A stretch of DNA of 64,000 nucleotides from positions 7,110,123 to 7,174,122 of the forward strand of contig NC_090412.1 of assembly GCF_036365525.1 (NCBI RefSeq). The letters run 5' to 3'. The position numbers were made by a program, and so were the translations under genes. Source of the stretch: Heterodontus francisci. Lineage: Eukaryota. Under the pieces are notes generated by a model. It ran no database searches and was not told the DNA's origin. It saw only the letters and a list, made by a program, of their open reading frames with translations. This document shows, piece by piece, positions 14,201-29,200 of the stretch. The number at the start of each line of letters is the position of its first letter. Positions within the stretch are counted from its first letter, which is position 1.

Positions 14201-17200
14201 TTTGGGATAGAATGAACTGACATGTTCTTCATCACTTACTTATCTGTCCCATTCTTCATTTCAATTTTTCCATAAAGTATATCCACCATGCTTGGGTCGT
14301 CATTCATGTATTCGATCCCTTTCACCCTCACGAGGAGCGGCTTTCCACCAGTAAGCTTACTAGAACAGAAGGATAGTGCAAGGCAGTCAGAGGACAAGTA
14401 ATGCACTCAACACAGTTACAGCCACAGCAACTGCTCAAAAGCCTGGGATAGCAGAATTAAACAAAATGTTGCCCAATAAGGGCTTCAGAGATAATATATA
14501 AAATTACAAAAGCGAGCAGTGAATTGTACAAGGCATTAGTGAGACCGCATCTGGAGTATTGTGGACAGTTTTGGTCCACTTACTTGAGGAGGGATGTAGT
14601 TGCATTGGAGGCAGTTCAGAGGAGGTTCACTAGATTGATTCCAGAGATGAGGGGTTTGTCTTATGAAGAGAGATTGTGCAGTTTAGGCCTTTACTCGAGT
14701 TTAGAAGAATGAGAGGAGATCTAATTGACGTACATAAGATAATTAAGGGGATTGACAAAGTAGACGCAGAGAGAAGGTTTCCTCTTGTGGGGCAATCTAG
14801 AACGAGAGGTCATAGTTTTAGGATAAGGGGTAGCAGATTTAAAACAGAGATAAGGAGAAATTATTTCTCTCAAAGGGTTGCGGGTCTGTGGAATTCACTA
14901 CCCCAGAGTGCGGTGGATGCCGGGACATTGAGTAAATTTGAGGAGATAGACAGATTTTTAATTAGTAAATGGTTGAAAGGTTATGGAGAACGGGCAGGAA
15001 AGTGAAGTTGAGGCCGAGACGAGATCAGCCATGATTGTATTGAATAGCGGAGCAAGCTCCAGGGGCTGAATTGCCTGCTCCTGCTCCTAGTTCTTATGTT
15101 TAATGAGCTTCATCTGAACACCATGCCCAGGGACACAAGAAAACAAGAATAAGTCAAGGGCAGGAAAAGGCCATTTGGCTCTTTCAGCCTCATCCCTTCA
15201 GGTGTTAAAAAAAATTATTCTTTTATGGGACGTGGGCATCGCTGGCAAGGCCAGCACTTGTTGCCCATCCTCAATTACCCTGGAGAAAGTGGTGTTCAGC
15301 CACTTTCTTGAACTAGCTGCAGTCCATGTGGCATAGGTACACCCACAGTGCTGTTAGGGAATGCCTGGTTTTTGACCCAGCGACAGTGAAGGAACGACGA
15401 TATAGTTCCAAGTCAGAGTGGTGTGTGGCCTGGAGGGGAACTTGGCAGGTGGTGCTGTTCCCATGCGTCTGCTGCCCTTGTCCAGCTTAGCATCCGACTG
15501 CATGAATTTCTTTAATGTCTTTGATTCCATTATCTTACCTGATAGATCAACTTAAACATTTACCATTTAATAACCATTTTTATATTATCCATTTTAATTG
15601 ACTTTTCACTAATTTAAACTTGCATCTTCCTACATTACAACAATGATTACACCGCAAACAGTACGCCATTGGCTGTCAAGTGCTTTGAGACATCCGATGG
15701 TCATGAAAGGCACTATATAAATGCAAGTCTTTCTTCCCGACTAACATTAGAGTAGCACTGTGGGCTCCCCTTACCTATGCCATTTTACGTTTTATGTACG
15801 TCTGAGGTTTGCTCCTTCAACTTTCCTCTTAGGGTGTCAATCTTGGACAATAGGCCCACTTTCACCTCATGAGTCAGAAGGCTGTGGGTTCAAGTCCCAA
15901 TCTAGAGATCCAAGTACATAAACCAGGCTGACACTCCAGTGTCGTACCGAGGGAATGCTGCACTGTCAGAGGTGCCGTTTTTCAAATGAGATGTTAAACA
16001 GAGGCCCCATCTGCCCTCTCAAGTGGAAGTGAAAGATCCCACTGCACTATTGGAAGAAAAACAGGAGAGTTCTCCCTGGTGTCCTGGGCAATATTTATCC
16101 CTCAATCAACATCACTAAAAATCAGATTATCTGGTTATCATCACATTGCTGTTTGTGGGATCTTGCTGTGCACAAATCGGCTGCCTTGTTTCCTACATTG
16201 CAACAGAGACTACACTTCAAAAGTAATTCGTTGGCAGTAAAGCACTTTGGGATGCCCTGAGGTTGTGAAAGGTGCTATATGAATACAAGTTCTTTCTTTC
16301 TAATCTTTCTTCATAACTTCACCCCTTTACAATTGGAGCCAAGCTCATTGCTGCTCAGTTCACCCTCTTCAATGCATGTATAGCCCTTTAGAACAGTGGC
16401 AGTCAAAGCAGAATAAAAGTAACAAAGATACGTGAATCCTTTGGAACATACTCTTGAATGTGTTATTATATTCACAGAATTTACAACACAAAGGCAGCTA
16501 TCTGTCTTATGCTGGTGATAGCTCTTCAATGGCACCGTCTACACTAATCACACTTTCTTGTCCTTTCTATATTCTTGCTGTTCACATCCTTATCCAATTC
16601 CCCTTAAAGGGTGGGCTGATTAGCTCAGTTCTTTAACGCGTGGTGCAAATACAGCAAAGGTTGAGGGCAATTTCACCGTAAGGGCTAACAAGGTGTTTCC
16701 ACTGCTGCAATGGCCTAAAGGTTAAGCTGTTGTTGTTGAAATCCTGAGGGATTCCCCTGCACTAGCTCGATTTCAAAACAGTCCCATTTCCTCCCCATTA
16801 AATGCAGCTGCAATCTTTGCTTCCTGATCCAGAGTGAAATGCTGCATAAAAACACTACAGAAACCACAGCTGCTCAAACATTCATAGGGGAGAAGGACCC
16901 AAATCTACTTGCCAGCACATCAAAAAATTACTGCATGGAATTACAGTATTACTCCATGATGCAGCATGAAAACAGGAAGTTTACAAACTTTTTTTTCCAT
17001 AGTTTTAAATAGTTATTGTCTATACAGAATATAAACCACTTGGATGTGATGTGTCATTTAAACTCCTGGGGACTCACCTTTCTCACAGGTTAATTTGTTT
17101 AATTCATTTTTTACTGAATGTCAGAATCACACCAGGTCTATGAAACATCCACAGTGTACACTTACTGTATAATCATAACCCAGTAAACTACCGCAAAGAG

Positions 17201-20200
17201 CTTAAGACACATAACATGTGGACCAGGTGCTGGAACGTGGGATTAGATTGGGCGGCTAGTTTTTTTTTGGCTAACACAGACACGACTGGCTGAATGGCCT
17301 TCTTCTGTGCTGTAATTTTTCTCTGGTTCTATATTGTAAAACACAACACACTGAAAAGATATAACCCGATAACATCACACACCTCTCAACAGGGACCCAA
17401 CTTGCCTAATTTGCTATCATCACAGCGTGCGTTTCACAATGCGTCCTCTGCTGCAAACAGTTTACCTCGGGTGCACTGCAAGACCAAAATACAGGGAAGT
17501 TCCTATAAATAGTTTGGAATACTTACAATAAGCAAACTCTATTCAGCTCATTACAACAGTAACTACTCTTCAAAAAGTAGTTCATTGGCTGGAAAACGCT
17601 TTGGGACATCCTGAGGTCCTGAAAGCCGCTACACAAATGCAATTCTTTGTGTCAAGCCACTGCTTCCGCACTCCTTGCATAACGAACTCAATCAAGGATT
17701 ATTCTCCTTCCCCACCCGTGCCACCCCCCCCCCCCCCCACCCCCACCTCTGAATCTCTTTCCCATGTGAACCAAACAGCAGCTGACAAGAGCTGTGCGCT
17801 ACAGACACCAACAATCTCAGGGGCGTGATGACTTTATAAAGCAATCTCAGATTTAATATGCGATCGGGACAGCCTGGACGTGTTGGTGCATTATTCTATA
17901 ACCAGTCATCTGTTACTCTCAGTGTAATGCTCTCCAGTGTGGTAACACCTCATTCTGCTTCACCACCCTTTTCAAATGTATTTTTCTGTGTTTCTGACTG
18001 CAAATAATGTGACAGGTCAAGGTTCTGGGCAGAATTCGCTTATAAATGATCAGATTGAACTGGTGGTCAGTGGCAGCGCTCAAAAGTAACGGAGGTATCG
18101 TGCTTCACAGCACGTAGCACAGCCTGACACATGAAGAGGTGGGGGAATGGCAGTGAATTTCCTCAGAGCTTCTCTCACAATGCCACAATTTTGCTGGAAA
18201 CCACAACAGAACAGGAGACATTCCAAGGAAATTCAGTCCACCAACCCAGGATTCAGCTAGTGTAACTCCTCTTTTACAACAGTGACTACCCTCCAAAAGC
18301 AGTATATTGGCTGTAAAGAGCTTTGGAGCGTCCAGAGGTCGTGAAAGGTACCATATAAATGCTAGGCTTCCTTTTCTTTTAGTTATGGTTAAACCTGCAC
18401 CTGAACCTCTGCTTATAAGCGGCAGATGTTCAGTCAATGGCACCAACTGGGAGGGGGGCTGCACAGGCAGGAGAAACAGGATGTGAAGCTTTCTGCAGGA
18501 CTCCCCAACAGGCATTTTGGACTGATACAGAAATGTTGGCACAGGCCTATGATCACTGCATCCCCAAAAGAATGGGTTGCATTGCTCAACCACATTGTTG
18601 CATAAAATAAAATGCACTGCAAAGGAATTTAAAGGCTGTAACTCAATCTCTGAGATGTGCTGTCATTCATAAATGGCTGTACAATTTGGATTGCAAGTTG
18701 TACTGAATTTGGAAGAACTGTGTACAATTCCAAACTTGTAGCTTTCAGCCTTGCTGAGGATAAATGATCCTCTAGCCAGTAAGACCACATTTGAATCCTC
18801 CATATGCTATTAGACAGTTATTTCTAAAGTGCTGAGCCAGGTTGTTACCTTGCAATGTCACTTTGACCATTTCTGTGCAAAACCCTCCAATCATCAAGGA
18901 CATCCTATGCAACTGGAGTCACAGTGCATTATCGCTCCTTAACTCCTCTCCTATTTTCGCTAGTTCTGATCATTCCATTCTCCTTGTACATCTCTATTCC
19001 ACAGTCCATCTCCAAGGCACTGCTCTCTGCTGTGCGCTTCCTACCTGCTGGACACTACGTTGGTTCCAATGGCTTCTTTTCCTGAGGAGCATGTTTAACA
19101 TCGCGTCTGAAGTACAGCACCTTTGACAGTGCAGCACTCCCTTGGCACTGCACTCAAGTGTTAGTCTAGATGAGGTGTTCCAAGGCTGGAGTGGGGTTGA
19201 ACCTGCAACCTTCTGAGCTACTGGCGAGAGCGCTACCAACTGAGCCAAACTGACAATTGAAACTAAACAACAGAAGTGTGAAAAAAATCAGGAAATAGTC
19301 AATTAAATGATATGTACTTTATATGTAGACTTAAAATATGTGAAAGCAATAAAATGGATGACAAAGGAGGTTAGGTTTAATCTGATTTTAAAAAATGCCT
19401 TAAAATATTGAGAAGGATTTCCTTAACACTATGGTGATAAACACGAGAAACAGGTAGAACTGTGCTTAACCTAATGTACGATTAGTATTAATTACTTCAA
19501 TTCTCGTTAGTCCTCATCACGTAAACCACATGCTGCTTTCCGAACAAACATCAATCTAACAGTACGTCATGATCTCCTGAGGAATACTGTTCCAATCTTT
19601 CACTGGCCTTGGAAAGAAACTATTTAAAACTGTTTACTCAAGCAGGAGGCTGAATACATTGGCACTCATTTATATTCATGTCCTCTGGTGACTCTCAGCA
19701 GGCTTTGTTGTTTCATTACCGTTCGCACAACACTGAGTAGTGAATATGTAACAGAAACACAAGGATGGATGCAAGACATGTTCCTCCATAGGACTTACAC
19801 AACTAAACACGAGTGCTGGAAATATTTACACCCATTCATCTAGGTGTGCTGTAGAACCCGCTTCTCTTCCTGCCTCCTCCAAACAAGTGCAAACCACTGA
19901 ACCTTTGCTAGCCTGGATAACGGAAACGTTTATCCATCTCTTGCCAACATCTCAACTGGCTGTAGGGACCACACCTCACCCTCCTACTGTCCACCCCATC
20001 TCTCCCCAACACCCCCTTCCCATCATATAGCCGACAGCAGGACCAGTTCCTCTCACATCTCAAGGAGCTTTCTGCAAATTGACTGTTTCCCCTCCTCTCA
20101 AACAGCACAATAAGATGTACGATTCTTCACTATGCCTGCCTACTGGCTGTAAGACCAGATTCCAACCACTCCCGGCCCAGAAATCACATAACTTGCTGTC

Positions 20201-23200
20201 GGACTAATTCCTTCACCTCCTCCTGCCTTCAGGCATCAGGTCAGGCTGCAGGATCTGTTTCCCACATTCCCTCCACCTGCAATCTCAAAAACAACTTGCA
20301 TTGAAAAAGCACCTTTAATATAGTAAAACATTCCAGGGCGCTTCACAGAAGAATTAGACAAAATCTGAAACTGAGTCACAGAAGCAGTTATTCCAGCAGG
20401 CGACAAAAACCTTGGTCAATGAGGTAGGTTTTAAGAAGCATCTTAAAAGTAGAAAGAGGTAGAGGGGTGGAGAGGTTTAGCGAGGGAATTCCGGAGTTTA
20501 GGACCCAGACAACTGAAGTTACATCTGCTAACGGTGACATTGGAGATGTACAACAGGTTAGAATTGGAGGAATGCGGAGGCTTTGGAGAGTTGTAGGGCT
20601 GGCGAAGATTACAAGAGTGAGTGAGTGGATTGGTCAAAAAATAGGGTCTTAAAGGAGAAGGAGGTGGCGAGGCAGACGAGTTTAAAGGAGAGAATTCAAA
20701 TCATGCGGCCTAATGGGATGATGGGAGGAGGGAAAAGCACAAGAGGCCAGAGGCAGAGAAATAGAGATTTTGTAAAGAGGGTTGCGGGGCCAGTAGAGGT
20801 TACAGTGGAAGGAGCGAGGCCATGAAGAGATTTAAACATGAGGACAAGGATTTTAAGTGGAGGGTTTGGGGGCAGGGGTCCAGAACTAAATAATCGACCC
20901 AGATTTAAAACAACTTGCAAACGTTGGAAATCTAAAATAAAAATGTAAACTTGCAGTAGGCCCATTAGCATCTATGAAGAGAAAAGACAGGTTAAAGTAA
21001 CTACTTCCCCAAGTTACACTAATACTTTATTTTTGTGTAACCTTAGCAGCAGGAATCTTTTAAGCTCCCCAGTATGGAGGATTAATGGAAGCATGCAATC
21101 CAGGATTCCTGAAAGCGTTACTGTAAAACCTATCACGAGTGCGACTAACTAGCAGCTCATCGTACTGTATGCACAAACCTTTTTTGTTGAATAATAAGTC
21201 TTTCTTTCTAAAACAAAGCCCCGATTTGTTCCTGGCTTAAGTCAGCCCTGTTGTGATCATTCCAGCTATAAAGGGAGGGGATATCAATCTTTTAGCAGTG
21301 CTGTTACTGTAACATGTTGTACCAAAGAGTGTCCCAGTGCATTAACGTGCACAGGGTCCCTGTGTGTTGATACTTGAATAGGGTACCTGGGACAGTGTCA
21401 ATATTTTTAGGTGGTTCTTCAAACAGAAGAGTTTGGAAAAACATGGATACAAAGCCAACTATTGCATACCCACTGTGCTAACTTTATTATAGTCAGAACA
21501 CACCAATGGTATTATCTGTGGATTAGTATTGCTCTGAGTTTAACTTTATTCTGTCATTTTCATGGGAAATTGCACACATTGTGACCATACATCTTAGTCC
21601 CACCGGTCAGAATGTGACTGTAGCACGGCAGATCCAAACTGACCCACTCCAGATTGAAGAAAAAGGGGATCTCTTTGAAGTCACAGGGCATTTTCAAGCA
21701 TTTAATGACATCTAGTGGTGACTAAATCAGACCACTTGCTATGGGGCGGACAGACACACATTGAGAGCCCTGGTTCCAAATATTTGTGACTCCACACGTC
21801 CACTTGTGGAATGTAGCACTTCTGCATAAAGCTACTGTAGGGAATCTGAATGGGTGCACAAGATTAAAGCTTGGGCTGACAGCAGCAAGGATTCAGAGTT
21901 ACTTTGCTGAAAATGGGAGATGCAGATGAATCAAATTTCAGAAATCTGCAGCACAGCCAGCACCTGTGCTATGGGATACTTGTTTAAAGCTTTCTTGCCT
22001 TGGTGGTTGGAGCAGAACAGGGGAGGGGAGAAGAGAACTGTCAGAAGACTGCCTAAGAGTGCTTTGCTGACTGAAATATTGAATAATTTCTCCCCCTCCA
22101 GACACGCACACAAATTTAATTATTTTGAGGAGCAGAGTACACTTTGCTTTCAAACCATTCTTTTCACTGCAATACTTCCCTCATAAATAAACTCCAGTGA
22201 TAAATCTCTATTGGAACACTGCAGCAATCTGAGTAACATCTTTCAGATCAGAACAGCAGGAGCAGAATGGTGAAAACTGACTGGGGCATTACTCACTTGA
22301 TGAAGTCCTCCTTACATTTCTGCAGCAGTTCACAGGCTTTTGTAATCTCTTGCTCATTAAGCAGGATGAGTGTTCCAATCGTCAGGTGGAGCTTTGCTGG
22401 ATTCTGGAAAATACTGCTGTCAATCCCACGGTCCTAAAAGAGAAGAGGTATAAACAGCTGAATTTTCACATTGTTCCATCCCTCTGGGCAATGTTACAAA
22501 CTAGCAAGGAGGAGGGACTGAAGTCCATTACCTGGAGAATAGCAGGTATCTAGATATCACTCCAAAGCAGAAAGCTGCTCAAAGTTTCAGATGATGTTAC
22601 AAATGGCAGGAGTCAGGCTGATCTATAATTATCTGAAATAAAAACTAATTTCAGAGCATGACGGGCCCCCATTCTACTTTTAGTTACTTTTTTCTTTTTT
22701 GTGTTTATTTTATTTTAGTTTGTTCAGTTTGTCTCTACTGTGCCTACCCACTGTTTTTCACATTTGTGCTTGTGGCTGTTCAGTTTTCAGTCCATTAACA
22801 CCCTATCTGTACTAATGCTTTGTCTTTCAGCACACCATTAACATATTGTTTGCCTTTGCTCCATGACCTTCTGGTCGGTTATTCTGTGACCTTGTCCTAT
22901 CTACACCTTCTCTTTTGTTATCTCTTGCCCCACCCCTGCTTTACTTGCTTACAATCTTTTACATTTCTTATATCTGCCAGTTCTGAAGGGTCACTGACCT
23001 GAAACGATAACTCTGCTCCTCTCTCCACAGATGCTGCCAGATCTGCTGAGTATTTCCAGCGTTTCTCGTTTGTATTTCAGATTTCCAGTATCCGCAGTAT
23101 TTTGCTTTTACTATAATTATCTGTAATGTTTACTGCAATCACACCCCTGTCCCACATTACAACAGTGACTACACTGCAAAAGTACTTCATTGGCTGTAAA

Positions 23201-26200
23201 GTGCTCTGGGATGTTCTGACATGAAAGGCACTATATAGATGCAAGTCTTTCTTTCTAGAATGCTCCTAGGTATCAATTACTAATTACACTGTAGAACTCG
23301 CGGACTGACTTAATTCAGTTCCGAGTTCTTTACCTGCCTACAGCAGTGCCCAGTATTAATACTGATGGTTAATTGGCTTTATGGTAATTGTGAAGTAATC
23401 AATTGACTAAGAAAAATTAATTTGTCGTCAATTATCCAGAAATAATTGTGTCAGGAAGCATTAGAAACTTTCTATCATGCTAACAAGAAATGCTGGAAAT
23501 ACTTGGCAGGTCTGGCAGCATCTGTGGAGAAAAGCAGAGTTAACGATTCAGGTCCTGAAATATTAACTCTGCTTCTCTCTCCACAGATGCTCCCGGACCT
23601 GCTGAGTATTTCCAGCAATTCTTGTTTTTATTTCAGATTTCCAGCATCCGCAGTATTTTGCTTTTATTCTATCATACTAGTTGCCCACCCATAATGTTGC
23701 TCATGAGCAGTACAAGGCCTTGAGTATTGATTATAAAGCTTTTTGTGGCAGCAACAGCAACAGAGCAGAACATACTGAGGCAACCCTCCAGGAAGTTTGC
23801 CACTGTTGCACTCCCAATGACCAGGTCCTTAAGCAGATGGTTATTTGTTAGAGTCCAGGCCTGGCTGACTACGAGCACAATGTATGAATTAAAACCGGAA
23901 ATGTCACATCTGATTTCCTCATTTAATGTGACAAACCACAGACAAAAAAAAGACGGGCAAAAGAGAGGCTGGGGGAAGAAAATGAGGAGTTGCCAAGGGA
24001 GAACAGATGACACAGAAGGGAGAGGCAGAGGGAGAGGCAGTGAGAAAAAGAAAAGGCAAGCGAGAGCCTGTATGTCAATCTTTAGAGTGCAAATTAAAAC
24101 AGAGAATCCATTCCCAAAACAGCGATGTTTCCAAAGTTAGGTCTCCTTCCTCACTTAGTAAATACGTTGCAATTACTTTGCCACCTGATCCCAATAACCA
24201 CCTTAAATCAATGGTTCACAAATGTTTCTGTCTAAGGAACTCTGAAATATTGGCACACTACCAACTTAATTTCTGAAAGATGGTTTCAGCTACCTAGATT
24301 AAAACAGCGTTCACACTGCTTCTTCTTCTTCTTTGGCCTCCTTGTCTCGAAAGACTATGGGTAAGCGCCTGGAGGTGGTCAATGGTTTGTGAAGCAGCGC
24401 CTGGAGTGGCTATAAAGGCCAATTCTAGAGTGACAGGCTCTTCCACAGGTGCTGCAGATAAAATTGGCTGTCGGGGCTGTTACACAGTTGGCTCTCTCCT
24501 TGCGCCTCTGTCTTTTTTCCTGCCAACTGCTAAGTCTCTTCAACTCGCCACGCTTTAGCCCCGCCTTTATGGTTAAAACAGTGTTCACACTGCAGAAACA
24601 CATTTATTCAACAGAAATGTCAAAAAACTCAAAATCCTGATGAGATGGGTGAAAGTCCAACCCTCTCAACCCCTCTGGGATCCTCTTAGCAACCCACTGA
24701 GGATCCAGGAACTCCAGTTTGCCCTAGATGCTGCTCACACCTCCAAAGTGCCCTAGTTTCTCTACATATTTATTAATACAGGTTTACAGTTGTAATTAGA
24801 ATGCTTGCACAAGGAGCACCAGTATGAAATGGGACTTCAAGCTACGTAGCAGTGATCATTTTAGTCAGCACAACGTAAGCTCCAGACTTCTTGTAATTTT
24901 GAATTGCACATCATGTCAGTGGAATGGCCTCAGGGTAGGTCCAGATCAATTTTACATGCTGTAGCAGAGTTTGAAGTGCTTGCTTCATAAAGATTACATT
25001 CCTTCAAAGCAATCAAATTGGTTCATTGCCTGATTTAATTAGCAGCATTGTTCTTTTGATCAAAAAAAAACCTTTGATTGTTATAATGAGATGCATATTT
25101 GATGCAGACATGCAAAGTGCTCATATATTTCTGATATTCTTTAATATATTTACATCATTATCTATTGTTAATTGGATATACCAGCAAATTGCCCATGGTG
25201 TGGCTTACAAGTAGCCTGGAATATGGCTGTGACATTTAACTAGTAACCTGGCCCATCCTTTAAGGCCACTGCCCTAGTACGCCTCATGCCTAAATTTGCT
25301 AATGCAACAGTTTCCAAAATACTTGGGTCGGAGTGTAGTTGTTACCCGCGTCTAAGTGCCATGCGCCAGGTCAGTGAATGGCTTTCTTTCTAATCACAAG
25401 AGTTCTTTTGAACTGGATGCAAGTCTTCAGATAGGGACGTCACATCAGATGTGAAAGAACATTTGAGAGGATTAAAAAGGAACTGAAATTGTTGTACTGA
25501 ATGTTCCTTTGTATTTAACACAACATCTTGAAGGCAAAGGGTAACCAATGCATTGCAGATTTTCTTACTGTGTATGGAATTTTATTTACTGCGCTTTTGG
25601 TATTTGCCAATTATTTGCATTGTTTATGCTCAACAGGGTAGATGCTGAGAGGCTGTTGCCAGAACTAGGGGTGTGGGGGGGCGTGAGGTGCTGAGGGCAG
25701 TCTCAGGATAAGGGGTTGACCATTTTGGACTGAAATGAGGAGAAATTTCTTCACTCAGAGTTGTGAATCTTTGGAATTCTCTACCACATGGGGTTGTGGA
25801 TGCTCAGTCATTGGTTGAGGTTGATGAATTTTGGGACACTAAGGAGAATTAAGGGGTATGGGGATTGGGCGGGAAAGAAGAGTTGAGGTAGATGATTGGC
25901 CGTGATCATACTGACTGACACAGCAGGCTCGAGGAGCCAAAATGGCCTACTCCTGCTCCGATTGCTTACGTTTTTATGCGAAAATAAAAATAAGTTGCTT
26001 TAAGTCTGTAAACCTGATGATTATTCTGGTAATAATTGTCACTTCAAAGAGATTCAGGCAGCATAGTGCGACGCATGTTAAATCCAGTCAACATTTTGTT
26101 AACGATTAAGTTGCTCTTTAGCCTGTCAGGTATGCGCCTCTGCAAGAGCAGAATATAGTAAATATCTACCGGTAGCAGAAAATGGACTCTCATCAAATCA

Positions 26201-29200
26201 GAAGGCCATTTTACAAAGATCATACGCAGAGTAAAACGGGCAGCTGATCCTACTAGTGTACATCAATTCAACCTTTGGATTGTAGCAAAGACATAACGTA
26301 ACAATTGCAATCTCATCCTGGTTTTATGGAGCTACTTTCCCCCCACTCCATTCTCTGAAATAGTATCCATTCTGCAATGAAAGCAAAATACTGCAGATAC
26401 TGGAAATCTGAAATAAAAACAGAAAGTGCTGGAAATACACAAGAGGTCTGTCAGCATCTGTGGTGAGAGATACAGAGTTAACGTTTCAGGTCTGTGACCT
26501 TTCATTAGAAAGGTTTTTATTCCATTCTATAATAGTTTTGCACACAGTTATCATGGGAACATTTGAGAGTTATTAAATTCAAATTTTGAAGTGTAAATAT
26601 TCGAATAGGTTCACCTGCTCCATACTTGTTCAGCCCTGATCTTGTAGTTAGATTCAAGCACTCAGCTTGCAGCCAGAAACTGACACAATGGCAGCCCATT
26701 CAAATTCCAGTTCACCATAGTACTTTTGGTCAAAGTTATTTGAAAACAGGTTCTCACCAGCTGTACAAAAATACACTGGCCAATCAATACTTCATTCATT
26801 CGCCAGGTCTTCTAGTGACACCAGCATCCAAAACTGTGATACAGCAGTTCCAGCTTCTGCAGATGTTTCCTCTATGCAGGTTTGATTTCTAATTCACTCC
26901 TCAACTTCAGCAAGTGGAAAGTGTTCTCATTTGTATTGAGCCTAATTTTTCCCAGGTCTGAACGCTAACGTCAACAGCTACAGCCCTTAGACATCATCCA
27001 TTTCCCTGGCCATTTCTCCTGTCCCAACTTAAACATCAACCCACTTCATTTGAGTGGTTATCTTTCCTTTAGTTCCTGTAATGCCTTTACGCTGTCTAAA
27101 GAGCTTTTCACCTCCAACGTTTTAAGCAACAGGTTTGTAGGTTACTCAAATGTTTAACTCTCAGGCGTTAGCTGCAGCTCAGTTGGCAACACTCTCACGA
27201 GTTCAAAGGTCATGGGTTCAAACCCCATTCCCAAGACTGGAGCACAAAATCCAGGCTGGCATTTCAGTGCAGCACCGAGGGAGTAACTTCCGATGAGCTG
27301 TTCAGCCAAAGCCCCATCTTCCCTCTCTCAGGTGGATGTAAAAGATTTTGTGGCACCATTCTGAAGAGCAGGGGTGTTCTCCCCAGAGTTCTGGCCAAAT
27401 TTATCCCTCAACTAGCATTGCAACAGTGACTACACTTCAAAAGTACTTCATTGGCTGCGAAGCACCGTGAGATCGTGAAAAGTGCTATAACACTGCAAGT
27501 TCCTCTTAAAATACTTTCAGCAATCTGGTATTCAAAGGGGGTGCCAAGAAGAACACCTGCGTCTTGAAGACACTTGCCTGCTTCAAGCCCACACCCTTTC
27601 CTATCCCCAGGTTGTCAACTCGCCCATGTACCCCAGACCACAGGTACTGCAATGCCTTGTCCCCAGCCTTGGTAATGTACCTGGGAGCACTCTTCCAACA
27701 CCCGCTCTTTAAACTTCACAAACTGTTCCTGAATCGTGAGGTGATTAATGGCAAAGGACAGGAAATGAGTGAAGGGCTGCTTCCTGCGGAAACTCTCTAA
27801 CATCACCTCGATCCGGGTTTGTGCTGATGCCACACCCGCTCGCTGCTGCCCAGTGATGACTGAAAACAAGAAACACTGATGGTTAGAATGAGTTTCTCCT
27901 TTTTGCACCATGAAGCACTTTCTGCCACAGCACAGTGCTCTCTCTGCATGACATCAAGCATCCCAACTCTAACCTCAAGTGCAGTGACTGCAGTTGTATG
28001 GCCTGTGCATTTTCCAACGGATAGCCCAATTTGACCCCAACAGCACTCACTACAAAACTTGCATTGAAAATCTCACTACAGGCAATGAGATAAATGACCC
28101 TTTTGTTTTGGTATTAGCTGAGTGGGGAATGGTGATCAGCACCAAAGGAAGTCCCTGTTCTTCAAATAGTGCCACAGGATCATCAACATCTCTTCAAACC
28201 ACCAGACCAAGCAGGCAAGGCCTTGGTTTAACATCACATCTGAAGGGAAAGGCAATCTCCACCAAAGCAGCATTCCTTCAGTATTGCACTGGAGCAGAGA
28301 CTATGTGCTTAAGTCCTGGGGAATGAATTAACATTACAGGGATGAAGTAGTCTTGGACAATATGTTTTACCTTCACAGTGATATTCACACCCATAGCTCA
28401 CAATATAAGTGGACTGTGGATCAGAAATAGTATTTGTGAACCCCTACCATTGTTGGCAAGGTCAGTATGTATTGCCCATTCCCAATTGCCCTCGAGAAAG
28501 TGGTGGTGAGCTCTTTCTTGAACCACTGCAGTCCAAGTGGTGAAGGTACACCAACAGCACTGTTAGGTAGGAGGTACATCGTTCGCTGTAGAATACTCAA
28601 TCTCCAACTTACTCTTGCAGCCACAGTATTTGTGTAGCTGATCCAATTAGTTTCTGGTCAATGGTGACCCCCAAGGATGTTTATGGCGGAAGATTTGACA
28701 ATGGTAATGCCATTTAATGACAAGAGGAGGTGGTCAGACTTTCTCTTGTTGGAGTTGGCCATTTCCTGGGACTTGTGTGGCACAAATGTTACTTGCTACT
28801 TGTCAGCCAAAGCCCGAAAGTTGTCCAGGTCTTGCTGCATGCAGGTACAGACTGCTTGGTAATGAGTGTTTACAAATAGAAAATACACTTTTACAACTTA
28901 ACAAGCATTTCATGTACTAAGAAAACATTCCCACTGAACTCCTCCTGATGCTCACCAATCTCTCCCTCCATTCCAAGTTTCGGGATGGTTATGGACGTTC
29001 GTGTCTCAGTCTCCAGTCTCCGTTTGGTCTCCCCTTTTTTTCCGATTACGTATCTGTGGGGAAAAAAAAGTATGTTTTCATCACACAGAACGTATCTCAT
29101 GGTCAGATGATGGCACCCTTGCCCCTGGAAAGAATGAAAGTGCCAAAAATTTGAACCAGATCTAATTTTGAAGATGTTAATCCTCAGACAGGACGGATAC

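Noticed and set aside
17825-18000. Box C/D snoRNA (GTGATGA at 17825)
   Set aside because: Antisense to the host transcript, with no nearby D box or terminal stem.
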